DNA of 64,000 nucleotides, taken from positions 66,774,001 through 66,838,000 of the forward strand of contig NC_043008.1 in NCBI RefSeq assembly GCF_006345805.1, in the 5' to 3' direction. Position 1 is the first letter of the stretch. Each line of letters begins with the position of its first letter. Positions 24,756 through 38,439 of the stretch are shown here, one piece after another. The stretch is from Octopus sinensis (Eukaryota). The position numbers and the translations under genes are program-made. The notes under the pieces were generated by a model. That model saw only the letters and a program-made list of their open reading frames with translations, was not told where the DNA came from and did no database searches.

Positions 24756-25400
24756 GGCGGCGAGCTGGCAGAATCGTTAGCATGCCGGGCGAAATGCTTA
24801 GCAGTATTTCGTCTGGCGCTACGTTCTGAGTTCAAGTTCCGCCGATGTCGACTTTGCCTTTCATCCTTTCGGGGTCGATAAATTAAGTACCAGTGACGCA
24901 CTGGGGTCGATATAATCGACTTAATCCGTTTGTCTGTCCTTGTTTGTCCACTCTGTGTTTAGCCCCTTGTGGGTAGTAAAGAAATAGGTATTTCGCCCGT
25001 CGCTACGGTCTGAGTTCAAATTCTGCCGAGGTTGAATTTATCTTTCATCCTTTCGGGATCGATAAAATAAGTACCAGTTGTACACTGGGATCGATGTAAT
25101 CGACTCATCCTCTCCCACCAAAATTCTGTCGTCTCCACAAATTTCAGGCCTCGTGCCTATAGTAGAAAGTATTATTATATATACATGTAAGGCGGCGAGC
25201 TGGCAGAATCGTTAGAATGCCGGACGAAACACTTAGCGGCATTTTTGTCCATCCTTACGTTCTGAGTTCAAATTCTGCCGGGGTTGACTTTACCTTTCAT
25301 ACTTTCGGGGTCGATGAAATAAGTACCACGTACGCATTGGGATCTATGTAATCGACTCATCCCCACAAAATTTCAGGCATTATGTCTTCAGTGGAAAGGA
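24756..25400 (+). mobile_element. Head-to-tail run of three SINE family B copies
   Basis: Copies at about 24756-24986, 24987-25175 (headless) and 25191-25400. Head GGCGGCGAGCTGGCAGAATCGTTAG, B box GAGTTCAAATTC, central GCCTTTCATCCTTTCGGGGTCGATAAA (Meta/Inv-like domain, from memory). Confidence 0.88.
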
Positions 25401-25405
25401 TTATA

Positions 25406-26644
25406 CACAGACATGCAGGAAGTAAGTAGAAAACCTTTAATTTTCAAAATTTCTGATCTAAGCGTCTTAATATGTTTTCAGCGGTGTAGAATTTACAATG
25501 TAATTATTCCTTTTCATTTCAGGTGCCATTATATTAAACATTTGCGAAGAGTAACCATGCCACGCACAAAAAATTGTCAGATTTTCAAAGAGGTCGTATT
25601 GTTGGGCAATCTGAGCGAAAAGTTGCTGAAAATCTTCAAATTCCTCTTGCTACTGTTAATAGAATTATAGTGCAGTTCAAAAGCCAAGGAAAAGAATCAA
25701 CAGATTCTCGTCCCGGCCGACCTGGGCCGTCGGAAAGGAAGCTTCGCTGTTTGAAGAGAATTGTGAAAAACGAACCCCGTTCCAAGGCTTTTCACATTGC
25801 AAAACAGCAAGAACGTGTGTTACATATCTGCATAAGCTTGGGTATTATGGACGAGAGTTAGAAGAAAACCTCTCCTTCAACCAATTAATATCATGAAAAG
25901 AAAAAAATGGGCTAAGGAAATGTCAGGAAAATCCAATTCATTTTGGGATAGAGTGATTTTCTCAGATGAATCCAGATTTGCATTATTTTCAGACAGTGGA
26001 CGTGCTTGGGTCTGGAGGCTTCCCAATCAAGAATTTAATTTGAAACGATTCCAACCAACTGTGAAACATGGCGGTATCTCTGTAATGGTATGGGGAGCTG
26101 TCACTAGCAATGGTCATTCTGAGCTGATCAAATGTGTTCGAACCATAAACTCTGAAAAATACATCGAAATACTTAAGCAAGGACTACTTCCGATGTATTC
26201 ATACGGTAATATAACGAAAAATGAGTTTTTATTCATGGAAGATGGGGCTCCATGCCACACAGCGAAAAGGAATCAACAATGGTTGACTGAAAATGGGATC
26301 AAAAAGCTTCTTTGGCCGAGCCAATCTCCTGACATGCACCCAATTGAAAATCTTTGGAGCATACTAGATAGAGCTATACGAAAAACTCGACAGAGACCTA
26401 AATCTAATGATAAATTGTTTCGATTGTCGCACGAAAAGTGGGCAGAAATTCCACAAGAGACAATCACAAAGCTCATCAGTTCAATGGCAAAAAGAATTTC
26501 TGAATTAAAAACTGCAAAGGGAATGTCAACTAATTACTAAAGTATGTAGTCCTATCTATCGTTTACATTATGATTGTTCGCTTTGCGTATTAAATAAAAG
26601 ATTTTGAAAATTAAAGGTGTCTATTTACTTCCTGCGTGTCCGTG
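25406..26644 (+). mobile_element. Tc1 transposon, full length (1239 bp), inactive
   Basis: About 45-bp TIRs CAC(A/G)GACA(T/C)GCAGGAAGTAA.TAGA.A.CCTTTAATTTTCAAAAT, with TA on both flanks. Confidence 0.95.
25557..26540 (+). pseudogene. Tc1 DD34E transposase, frameshifted in the N-terminal half
   Basis: [18 protein letters not shown], then FSDESRF, EDGAPCH and WPSQSPDMHPIENLW, with 34 residues between the second D and E. The frame is open from 25893 to 26540. Confidence 0.92.
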
Positions 26645-26657
26645 TATATACATGTAA

Positions 26658-26875
26658 GGCAGCGAGCTGACAGAATCGATAGCACGCCAGGCAAAGTGCT
26701 TAGTGATATTTCATACTTTTCCACGTTCTGAGTTCAAATTCCGCCGAGGTCTGCTTTGCCTTTCACCCTTTTGAGTTCGATAAAATAAGTACCATTTGAG
26801 TACCGGGGTCAATGTAATCGAATCATCCCCTCCCCTGGAATTGTTGGTCTTCTGCTAGATTTTGAAATCATTATC
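26658..26875 (+). mobile_element. SINE family B
   Basis: Family head and central domain, immediately after the Tc1. Confidence 0.8.
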
Positions 26876-27201
26876 ATATATACGTGTGTTTGTGTCTGCC
26901 CTCCCCACCGCTTGATTGACAACCAGTGTATAGTTTGTTAACGTTACTGTAATCATAGGAGTTCAGCAAAAGATACCGATAGAATATGAAACAAACTTGA
27001 AAAAAAAATAGCGCTGAGGTCATTTTTTAAAAATCCCTTCAAGGTGGAACCCCAGCATGGCCGCAGTCCAATGAGTGAAACGAAATGGCATAATGATTAA
27101 ACGAAATGGCATAATCCTTTCTCCTAAAGGCACAAGGCCTGAAATTCCGGAGGGTGGGGACTAGTCGATTACATCGATACCAGTGTTTTACTAGTACTTA
27201 A

Positions 27202-28468
27202 TTTATCGACCCCGAAAGGATGAAATGCAAAGTAGACCTCGGCGGAATTTGAACTCAGACTAAATGCCGCTAAGCTTTTCACCCGGAGCGCTAACGATTC
27301 TTATTTCTTTATTGCCCACAAGGGGCTAAACATAGAGAGGACAAACAAGGACAGACAAAGGGATTAAGTCGATTACATCGACCCCAGTGCGTAACTGGTA
27401 CTTAATTTATCGACCCCGAAAGGATGAAAGGCAAAGTCGACCTCGGCGGAATTTGAACTCAGAATGCAAACGGACTAAATGCCGCTAAGCTTTTCACCCG
27501 GAGCGCTAACGATTCTGCCAGCTCGCCGGCTTAAAACGAGATGACATAATGACTAAGTGTTTACAGAAGATGTGGGTTCGAGTCCCACGAACAACTTTCG
27601 ACTTTTTCTATCCAGAAGTTTTTAAAACTTAATATCAATATTTAACACGAAATTATAATAGCTTTATCTTCAAGTCCTATCTTTAAAAATAATTTACTTC
27701 ATACCTCTCGAAGTTTTTAAATTCTTATGGCGTGAAAAATATTGGTTTCAAATTTTGGCACAAGGCCAGCAATTTCGGGTGAGGGGGAATGTCGATTACA
27801 TGGACTCCAACTGATAACTTATTTTATCAACCCCGAAAGGATGAAATGCAAAGTAGACCTCGGCGGAATTTGAACTCAGACTAAATGCCGCTAAGCTTTT
27901 CACCCGGAGCGCTAACGATTCTTATTTCTTTATTGCCCACAAGGGGCTAAACATAGAGAGGACAAACAAGGACAGACAAAGGGATTAAGTCGATTACATC
28001 GACCCCAGTGCGTAACTGGTACTTAATTTATCGACCCCGAAAGGATGAAAGGCAAAGTCGACCTCGGCGGAATTTGAACTCAGAATGCAAACGGACTAAA
28101 TGCCGCTAAGCTTTTCACCCGGAGCGTTAACGATTCTACCAGCTCGCCGGCTTAAAACGAGATGACATAATGACTAAGTGTTTACAGAAGATGTGGGTTC
28201 GAGTCCCACGAACAACTTTCGACTTTTTCTATCCAGAAGTTTTTAAAACTTAATATCAATATTTAACACGAAATTATAAATAGCTTTATCTTCAAGTCCT
28301 ATCTTTAAAAATAATTTACTTCATACCTCTCGAAGTTTTTAAATTCTTATGGCGTGAAAAATATTGGTTTCAAATTTTGGCACAAGGCCAGCAATTTCGG
28401 GTGAGGGGGAATGTCGATTACATGGACTCCAACTGATAACTTATTTTATCAACCCCGAAAGGATGAAA
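27202..28468. repeat. Near-perfect tandem duplication, 621-622-bp period
   Basis: 27210 aligns to 27831 and 27571 to 28192, with very few differences. The unit contains two minus-strand SINE B copies and a GTGGGTTCGAGTCCCAC T-arm-like hairpin. Confidence 0.95.
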
Positions 28469-29397
28469 GGCAAAGTCGATCTCAGCGGAATTTGAAAGTA
28501 GAACGTAAAGACGGACGAAACACCGCCGAGCAATTTGCCCGGAGCGGTAATGATTCTACCAGTTCGTCGCCTTTACGACGTGAGCAATAATAAAACTCAT
28601 ATTTCAAAAATAGTATATGAATGACAAAGCTAAAACGAATGAATAAAAAAATGAAGGAATGTCAAAATTCTTTGACACAAAGTTGTAGTGTCAAGTAAGA
28701 AGAATGCAAATATCTAATAGATATGAAAGTGTTATCATTTTTAAAAGGATTATTTTTTAGAACAAATATGAATTCAAAGGAAAAAATGATGGGTTTTAAA
28801 CAGGATGTACCAAATCCCGATAGTTTAAACAGCGTCGATACCGTTTATGAGAGTAATAACAGAGTGATTCTAAAAAATGAAAGTGAAAGTAAAGTTTAGA
28901 ATTGTTAATCGATATGATTATTTCAGAATATAATACAAACACATTTGGGGGGATAGATCCATATCTATCCCCTTAAGCATTCAAACCGGCCATATCAAAC
29001 TAAAATGTCAAACAATCACATCATCGAAATCTCTAAACTACAAGATAATGCATGATTAATTCGAAACAGTATAAATAAACAAATGTTATATTTGACAGAT
29101 TAATCTGAACACTAAAGGGTTAAATTACTGAGAAAGAAATGAATGTTGGATAACGAATGAAAGAATACAATCGCGAATAGAAGCGATGGGAATGGGGATC
29201 CTCCAGGGGGGTCTCCAGAATAATATCGCTCGACAGGGTGCAAGCTCAAAGATCAAGGAGTTACTCCAGGTCGAGCTACTATTTCTCCGCGTTGAGAGGT
29301 CATAGGAAAGAATCGCAAGACGGATTCTTCAAGCCGAGCTAATCGACAGGAGACCTTGGGGGTAGATCAAGAACGAAATGGTTGGATAATATTCATA

Positions 29398-29830
29398 GGC
29401 GCAGGAGTAGCTGTGTGGTAAGTAGCTTGTTTACCAACCACATGGTTCCGGGTTCAGTCCCACTGCGTGACACCTTGGGCAAGTGTCTTCTACTATAGCC
29501 TCTGGCCGACCAAAGCCTTGTGAGTGGATTTGGTAGACGGAAACTGAAAGAAGCCCGTCGTACATATGTATATATATATATATATATATATGCGTGTGTG
29601 CGTTTGTGTGTCTGTGTTTGTCCCCCTAGCATTGCTTGACAACCGATGCTGGTATGTTTATGTCCCCGTTACTTAGCGGTTCGGCAAAAGAGACCGATAG
29701 AATAAGTACTGGGCTTACAAAAGAATAAGGCCCGGGGTCGAGTTGCTCGATTAAAGGCGGTGCTCCAGCATGGCCGCAGTCAAATGACTGAAACAAGTAA
29801 AAGAGTAAAGAGGAAAAGAGAGTAAAAGAG
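29398..29830 (+). mobile_element. SINE family A, full length
   Basis: Complete head, body and tail. Confidence 0.9.
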
Positions 29831-30427
29831 TATAGCCTTAGTTGGTCACACTCGTTCGACAATGAGTCAGTTGCTTAATCAACTGAATCGCCTGCTCCTG
29901 AACGTATGTGTAAGTGACCAAGTATTCCATAAACACGTGTCCCTTTGATGTAATTGTCAGGCGGCGCCAGCGTGTATCAGGGCTGTATTTCATTGAATCA
30001 TAGGTACAATCCATCCGACGGGCTTCCATACAGTTTCTATCTGCACAAGTTCATTCACAAGGTATGGATCGAGCCAAGACTATAAAAAATCACGTTTGTC
30101 CATGATGCCACGCATTGAGATCGAAACGGAAACCTCGAGGTTGCGAAGCGAACGTCTTAACCACTAAGCCATACTGCACCCACACTCACACGCATATACA
30201 CGCATTCATACATCCACAAATATGCGTGTGGAGTGCGTTCGTTTATGTATATTTGTGTGATTGTGTGTGTGTGTGTGTGTGTGTGTAAGTATTTTTTTTT
30301 TAAATTTAGAGTGGATTTTGACCGGCTTTCTTCGAAGCAAAGCCCTGAAGGAACGCATCATGCCTTGTTCATCGTCCTTGAAATCTTAAGAATGTTTTGC
30401 AGATTTTTAATAGTCCCAGATAGAAAC

Positions 30428-30472
30428 AGTTTGACGTTTCGAGCATAGCTCTTCGTCGGTAAGCGGAAAGGA
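30428..30472 (-). ncRNA. Degenerate hammerhead-like motif (Penelope pLTR relic)
   Basis: Minus strand CCGACGA-a-GAGC tat GCTC-GAAA-C-GTC. Stem II is perfect, the core has U4C, and stem I is poor. Confidence 0.45.
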
Positions 30473-30536
30473 GAAAGGGAAAAGTCCAAAGAAGGAAAAG
30501 ATGTCTGTATATATGTGTGTGTAAGGGGGGGGGGCA

Positions 30537-31925
30537 GGCGGAGGTAAAGATCATGGACCACCTTTTGCGATATTTTCTTTCTTTTTTACAGGAACACACT
30601 ATATCGAGGGCGGAGATTTCGAATCTGCAAAAAAAGCTGCATTTCAAAATTTAAATCGTCCCCCGCCCTTCACCATCCCCTCTACAAAATTTTCAATTTT
30701 TAAAAAAATGTTTTTTGGCGAAATACGTAAAAAAAATACGGAGATTATGATTCTGAAAAGAAAATTTCTGTAAAATTTCAATTTTTCAAAAAAAAAAAAG
30801 AAAAAAAATGAAATAGGCGCAGGAGTGGCTGTGTGGTAAGTAGCTTGCTTACCAACCACATGGTTCCGGTTCAGTCCCATTGCGTGGCATCTTGGGCAAG
30901 TGTCTTCTGCTATAGCCCCGGGCCGACCAATGCCTTGTGAGTGGATTTGGTAGACGGAAACTGAAAGAAGCCTGTCGTATATATATATATATGTATATAT
31001 GTGTGTGCTTGTGTGTCTGTGTTTGTCCCCCTAGCATTGCTTGACAACCGATGCTGGTGTGTTTACGTCCCCGTTACTTAGCGGTTCGGCAAAAAGAGAC
31101 CGATAGAATAAGTACTGGGCTTACAAAGAATAAGTCCCAGGGTCGATTTGCTCGACTAAAGGCGGTGCTCCAGCATAGCCGCAGTCAAATGGCTGAAACA
31201 AGTAAAAGAGTGAAAAGAGTGAAATAATCCTCGTCCCCTCTGCCCTATGACAAGAAGTGAAAGTGTTTTCTCTGCTAATGTTTCATGACGAACATGTTGT
31301 GGTTGAGGGTCTTCTTGAATTAAGAGACGTATGTAAAAATTAGATTTTTTGCACACACAACAAAATGACATAAAAATTTTTTTTTCTCTTTTGGTAATTC
31401 CTATTTAGAAAGTTGATCCTCGGTTTGGCTGTTGTTTCTAGCTTGTCACATTTCCGGTTGAGGCGGGTTTAAATTTTGAATTTTTTTCTTCTCTGGTAAC
31501 ACGTATTAAAATTTTGAAAACGTCTTTCTAGCATGTCAGGTTTTCTGTTTAGATACTTTTTGCGTCTGTTATTTTATAATTCTATGCATGCGTGAAACAT
31601 TAGTAGAGATAACACTTTAATTTCACTTCTTGTCATAGGGCGGAGGGCGGAAGGGGTATTTATTATTTTGTTTTGAAAAATTGAAATTATACTAAATTTG
31701 TTTTTCAGAATCTCCCTATTTTTCTACGTATTTCGCCTAAAAAAATTTTTTAATAAGTGAAAATTTAAGAAATTTAGGAGAGGAGGAGAAGGCGTGGATC
31801 TAAATTTTGAAATGCAGATTTTTTTGCAGATTCGGAATCTGCGCCCTCGATATAGTGTGTTCATGTAAAAATAAAACCCTCCAAAAATCGCAAAGGGGGT
31901 GCGGGCCATGATCTTTACCCCCGCC
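30537..31925. mobile_element. Fold-back (long-TIR) non-autonomous DNA element with nested SINE A
   Basis: GGCGG.GGTAAAGATCATGG...ACACTATATCGAGGGCG.AGATT.CGAATCTGC on the left is mirrored at 31840-31925. The arms continue inward: 31222-31300 pairs with 31580-31660. Confidence 0.75.
30816..31220 (+). mobile_element. SINE family A, full length
   Basis: Complete copy inside the left arm of the fold-back element. Confidence 0.9.
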
Positions 31926-32019
31926 GTGTGTGTGTGTGTATGTAAAAAAACTAGTTTCTCTCGAGCACACCGGCTAATTTGGTTCTCGACTCGACAAACT
32001 TTATATAATTATTACCGTG

Positions 32020-32039
<20 letters not shown>

Positions 32040-32054
<15 letters not shown>

Positions 32055-32590
32055 CCTTTGTGTCTGAGTTTGTTCCCCCCCCACCATCGTTTGACAACTG
32101 ATGTTGGTGTGTGTATCTCTCGTGGAAGCGCCATCCAACCAAAATGCAAATATATGGGAAACTACCACCTGTGTCATCTCTTGTGAAAGGTAGGAGAGTC
32201 CAGTTTGCTGGACATTGTTGTAGAGCTGAAAAAGAAGTAATTTCTACTCTTCTCCTCTGGAAGCCATCTACTCGCAATACCAGAGGGCGCACACTCTCCT
32301 ACCCTGATGTAATCTCCAGGGATACAGGCATCCAGCAACAGGACCTCCGTAATGCCATGATGGACCGTGAAGTCTGGCGTAGCATGGTAAATTCCATTGT
32401 CTCGACCACGGTCGAACAATGATGATGATGATGTGTATGTCCCCGTAACTTAGCGGTTCGGCAAAAGACACCGATAGAATAAATACTAGACTTACAAAGA
32501 ATTTGTCCTGGGTCAATTTGTTCGACTAAAGGTGGTGCTCCATGATGGCCACAGTCAAATGACTGAAACAAGTAAAAGACTAAAAGAGAG
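32040..32590 (+). mobile_element. SINE family A 3' half, split by an RTE insertion
   Basis: The SINE A sequence stops at 32116 and resumes at 32432. Confidence 0.8.
32117..32431 (+). pseudogene. RTE-clade LINE, 5'-truncated 3' end
   Basis: HPTKMQIYGKLPPVSSLVKGRRVQFAGHCCR...DLRNAMMDREVWRSMV, a (GAT)n tail, and TSD TGTGTAT at 32110-32116 and 32432-32438. Confidence 0.85.
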
Positions 32591-32944
32591 ATGCATCTAC
32601 AGCCTTCCCCCCTTACTATACCTTCTCTCCCTTAGTACTCATATAAACGTCACCCCCGCTTTCCAGTGGGTGATATCGACCACTTTGAGAAGCACTGATT
32701 TAGAAGGAATTTCTGAGGTACTGAAGCAGTACCAGACCATAACAGAATTACTTTCTTACTACCTCGGGTACTCGTTTCAGTTGATTGGACGGTAACAACG
32801 TGAAAACAAATGCTTGCGACGCAACACACCTGCCGGGAATCGAACTCAAAGACGTAACTATTATGATCACAACACCTGGACCCCTAAACCATGCACCTCA
32901 GTATACACATGTTAGTACACACACATACACACGCACAAGCGTGT

Positions 32945-32945
32945 G

Positions 32946-33028
<83 letters not shown>

Positions 33029-33036
33029 TATGTATG

Positions 33037-33069
<33 letters not shown>

Positions 33070-33078
33070 ATATGTATG

Positions 33079-33124
<46 letters not shown>

Positions 33125-33420
33125 CATATATATATATATACATATATATATACACATACACATGTATAAATGTACATGTATATATACATATATATACACA
33201 TACACATATGTATAAATGTATATATATATATACAGATAAGTGTGTGTGTATATATATGTGTGTGTATATATACATATATATATGAATGTGCATATATATG
33301 TGTGTACACTTATATAGGCATCTATATACAAACACACACACATATATGTTTGTGTAGTGTGTACACATATATATGCACATTCATATACATGTATATATTA
33401 TACACATCCGTATATGCTTA
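32945..33420. repeat. (TA)n/(CA)n/(TG)n compound microsatellite
   Basis: Directly visible. Confidence 0.95.
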
Positions 33421-33611
33421 GGCACAGAGACACAAACACTCATATACATGCATATGTACATACGCACAAAAAGACACATATTACATACATAGACACATGA
33501 TGAATGCCAGGCACGGTCACTATGGTTACCAAGTAAAGCACCAGAAGAATTCCATCAAGATATGATGTATGAATTAGTTTCACGCCAGCGGTGAGTTTAG
33601 GGTGTTGTTGT

Positions 33612-33652
<41 letters not shown>

Positions 33653-33885
33653 TTATTAATGATGGTTGTTGTTAAGTAGATGATGGCTATAGCAATAATA
33701 TATATATGCGGTGTATTTACGGTGTATATACCTGAGCGTATATGTGCGCGTGCATGTGCGTTTGTGTGTGTCAGAGTGACAAAGTAACGAGCAACGCATC
33801 AGGTGGTTGTGAGATGTGCTAAAAATAACAGCTAAGTCACCCTTAAATCACGCACAAAGATTTTTTTTATTTGTTGTTGCCTAGA

Positions 33886-34535
33886 TGCAGGACTGGCTGT
33901 GTGGTAAGTAGCTTGCTTACCAACCACATGGTTCCGGGTTCAGTCCCACTGCGTGGCACCATAGGCAAGTACCTTTTACTATAGCCTCGGGCAAGTGTCT
34001 TCTACTATAGCCTCGGGCAAGTGTCTTCTACTATAGCCTTGTGAGGGGAATTTGGTAGACGGAAACAGAAAGGAACCCGTCGTATTGCTTCAGTGGGTTG
34101 TTTTTCTCTTAAAGTTTTACCCAAGTTTAGAGAATCGGTGTTATAATTTTGCAGGTTCTGTTACAGGGGTTAATGTAACTTTTAACTTACCTGTGACTGT
34201 TATATATTGGCAATCTTTCGTCTCTAGTAGATCGCCTTATATATTATTTATAATAAGGGCATTACTACACATAAATGCCTCACGCTATGGGGGATTCTTA
34301 AAGTCAAAACTACCATAATAAATACAGCGTACCGAACGCGAGGGAAAGCAACTCTTGAAGCGAACTCCTTAAAAAATATATATATATATGTATATGTTTG
34401 TATGTGTTTGTCCCCCCCCCACCATCGCTTGACAACCGATACTGGTGTGTTTACGTCCCCATAACCTAGCGGTTCGGCTCAAAAGCCCGATAGAATAAGT
34501 ATTAGGCTTACAAAGAATAAGTTCTGGGGTCGATG
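33886..34535 (+). mobile_element. SINE family A, interrupted
   Basis: Head at 33886-34082 with a triplicated 26-bp unit, and 3' body at about 34395-34535. The 34085-34380 insert begins with a 115-bp segment that recurs at 35995-36110. Confidence 0.75.
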
Positions 34536-34720
34536 TAATGACTAAACCTTACTTTAGAAATGCTGACCTTATGCAAAAGTTAGAAAGAACTATTATAATG
34601 GTAAATATTAGACACTACACACGTACGGACTTTTTGATTCAGCATGCATTTTTTAGATTCAGTATGTGTGTGCATGCGTGTATGCAGATAAGTGTGTGTG
34701 TGTATACATATTATATATAT

Positions 34721-34950
34721 GTTTCTTTACTACCCACAAGGGGCTAAACATAGAGGGGACAAACAAGGACAGACAAACGGATTAAGTCGATTACATCGGC
34801 CCCAGTGCGTAACTGGTACTTAATTTATCGACCCCGAAAGGATGAAAGGCAAAGTCGACCTCGGCGGAATTTGAACTCAGAACGTAGCGACGGGCGAAAT
34901 ACCGCGAAGCACTTCGCCCGGCGTGCTAACGTCTCTGCCAGCTCGCCGCC
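34721..34950 (-). mobile_element. SINE family B, full length
   Basis: Complete head and tail, close to consensus. Confidence 0.92.
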
Positions 34951-35353
34951 TTGTATATATTATATATATACACACACACACACCTGCATACATACATACA
35001 TACATACATACATACATACATACATACATACATACATACATACATACATACGCAGATATATAGATGCCTGCGTGTGTGTGTGTGTACGCGAGTAATACAC
35101 AACATACTTTTACATACCTACACACACACACACACACACACACACTCACGCTCGCACACATACAAGCAAACATAAATTTGATAGTTTACTCCGAGTTTTA
35201 CCCAAGGCTGAGTTGTTCGCAGCGGGGCAAAACTCAGAGTAGATATCAGTGATCTTTCGATATAATATACGTAAATAAAAAACATCTATTTCTTGTGTCT
35301 CACGTATTCAGCTTTACATAGGACAATGCAAAATATATTTGAACATAGTCTAC

Positions 35354-35810
35354 AGGTGTGGCTGTCTTGTTAAGAAGTTTGCTTCCCAACAACATGGTTC
35401 CGGGTTCAGTGCCACTTGTGACTGAATTTGGTAAAGGGGAACCGAAGGTATCCCGTCGTATTTGTTTGTATGTATGTATGTATGTATGTTTGTATGTATT
35501 GTTGTATGTATGTATGTATGTATGTATGTATGTATGTATGTATGTATGTATGTGTGTATGTATGTATGTATGTATGTATGTATTGTTGTATGTATGTATG
35601 TATGTATGTATGTATGTATGTATGCATGTATGTATGTATGTTTGTTAGTTTGTCCCTCACCACAGTTTGAAAACCGGTGCTGGTTTGTTTACGTTCCCGT
35701 AACTTAGCCTTCCGGCGAAAGTGAACGATAGCATAAGTACGAGGATTTAAAAGCAAGTAGCGGGATCGATTTGACCCCAGCATGGCCGCAGAGCAATGAC
35801 TGAAACAATT
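35354..35810 (+). mobile_element. SINE family A variant with expanded internal (TATG)n
   Basis: Head ggtgtggctgtcttgttaagaagtttgcttcccaacaacatggttccgggttcag and a family A 3' body. Confidence 0.75.
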
Positions 35811-36251
35811 TAGAAATTAAAAAATTATTACCTTACGATATATATACATACATATATATATATAAAGTGAGTATAATGTATGTATGTATGTATGTATGTA
35901 TGTATGTATGTATGTATGTATGTATGTATGTATGTATGTATGTATGTATGTATGTATGTATGTATGTATGTATGTGTGTATGTATGTATGTATTGCGTCA
36001 GTGGGTTGTTTTTCTCTTAAAGTTTTAGCCAAGTTTAGAGAATCCGTGTAATAAATTTGTAGTTTCTGTTACAGGTGTTAATGTAACTTTTAACTTACCT
36101 GTGACTGTTATAGGTGGATGAGTAGACAAGGGCAGCGGTAGCCGCAGCAGCAACAGCAACACATCTAACTAAAACATAGTTTTATTTTGTTGTTGTCTTA
36201 TTCTTATTGTTGTTGTTATTGTTATTATTATACTTATTACAGCCATCGTTA

Positions 36252-36283
<32 letters not shown>

Positions 36284-36699
36284 TCTTTGTTTATCGCAAT
36301 GGAAAACCTACTTGTGTGTGTGTGTGTATGTGTGTGTGTGTTAGGTCGATGAGCAGAGAAGGCCAAACATGAAAAATATAAAACAAAAAAATAAGAAAAA
36401 GAAAATAAATACAACCACAATTACGACCACAACCACCACCACCACCACTACCACCACCACCATCACCGCCACCACCACCACGCCTCGTTACTTCTCGCAA
36501 CTCCCCTTCCTCCGCATCCCTCTTCTCGCTCCTCCTTTTACTCCATAGTAATATTATAAGATAGGAGGAGGAGATCTATAAAACTTCAGCCGTTGACTAG
36601 TTATAATTCCACGTGCAATACTAATGGGGTATAATGGAACTCAAACAGTCCGGAGATCTTTTGTTTCACACTCCTCTCTTTCTCTCTCTCTATCCCCCC

Positions 36700-37500
<801 letters not shown>

Positions 37501-38439
37501 TCTATTCACATTTATTTGTTTAGTTTTTTAAGGTAAAACTTATAAGAGTTATTGAGGGGGGAATCTTTGTGTGTGAATATACGCGCACATGTAAATGCGT
37601 GTGTATGTACGAGTGTGTCTATGTGTATGTGTGTGTGCGTGTGTCTGTGTGATGTTTGTTTAATTGTCTTTTGATGGAGTGGGCCAGAGTGGGGCGGAGC
37701 GGGGAAGACCACTAATTGATAGTGACAGTAGTTTTGCTCTTTGAGTTGATCGTTGATGCTCTTTTTCTATAAAAAAAACAAAAACTGTCGTTGTTGGTTA
37801 TTGTGGTCGTCATAATGATGATGATGATGATGATGACGATGACGATGACGATGATGATGGGTATTGATGGTGTCAGTGTTAATGTTAGTAGTGTTAGGTT
37901 ACTAGCAATGTTAGTATCATTGTTGCTGATGCTGCTGCTGCTGTTGTTGCTGCTGCTACTGCTGGTCAAGTCGATGGTATTGTTGGTATTTAGACTAGTT
38001 CCACGTGTCTTTTTTTTTCTTAACGAAATACAATGAAACAGAAAGCTGAGGTATTACCATTGGGAAAATGTATATGTACAAAAATACACACACACATATT
38101 TATGTATATATTTGTGGTGTATATACATACATATATATACATACATACATACATACATACATACATACATACATGCATTTTTGGACTCTCTTGATGAAGG
38201 AAACCGGACTTATGGTAATATCTCCGTGTAACTGTGTAATAGTTGCATACCCAAGAAGTTTTGCACACTGCTTCTGCAAATTATGAAACGATCCGAAACG
38301 ATTATTACGTAAATCGGAGCTTCCTGAAACAGCAGTCGACTTAAGAAATTGTGTATTCTCTATTTTGTAATCTGGGATATTTTTCACTTTGACCGGCAGA
38401 TTTTTAAAATAATTTCTATGTAACTAAAAAATTTTTAAA

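Noticed and set aside
27560-27592. GTGGGTTCGAGTCCCAC T-arm hairpin suggesting a tRNA gene (repeated at about 28190)
   Set aside because: No acceptor, D or anticodon stems can be built. It is at best a SINE-head relic.
35180-35245. actccgag...ctcagagt inverted pair recalling a type III hammerhead
   Set aside because: Both CUGANGA and GAAA are disrupted, so it is too degenerate to call.
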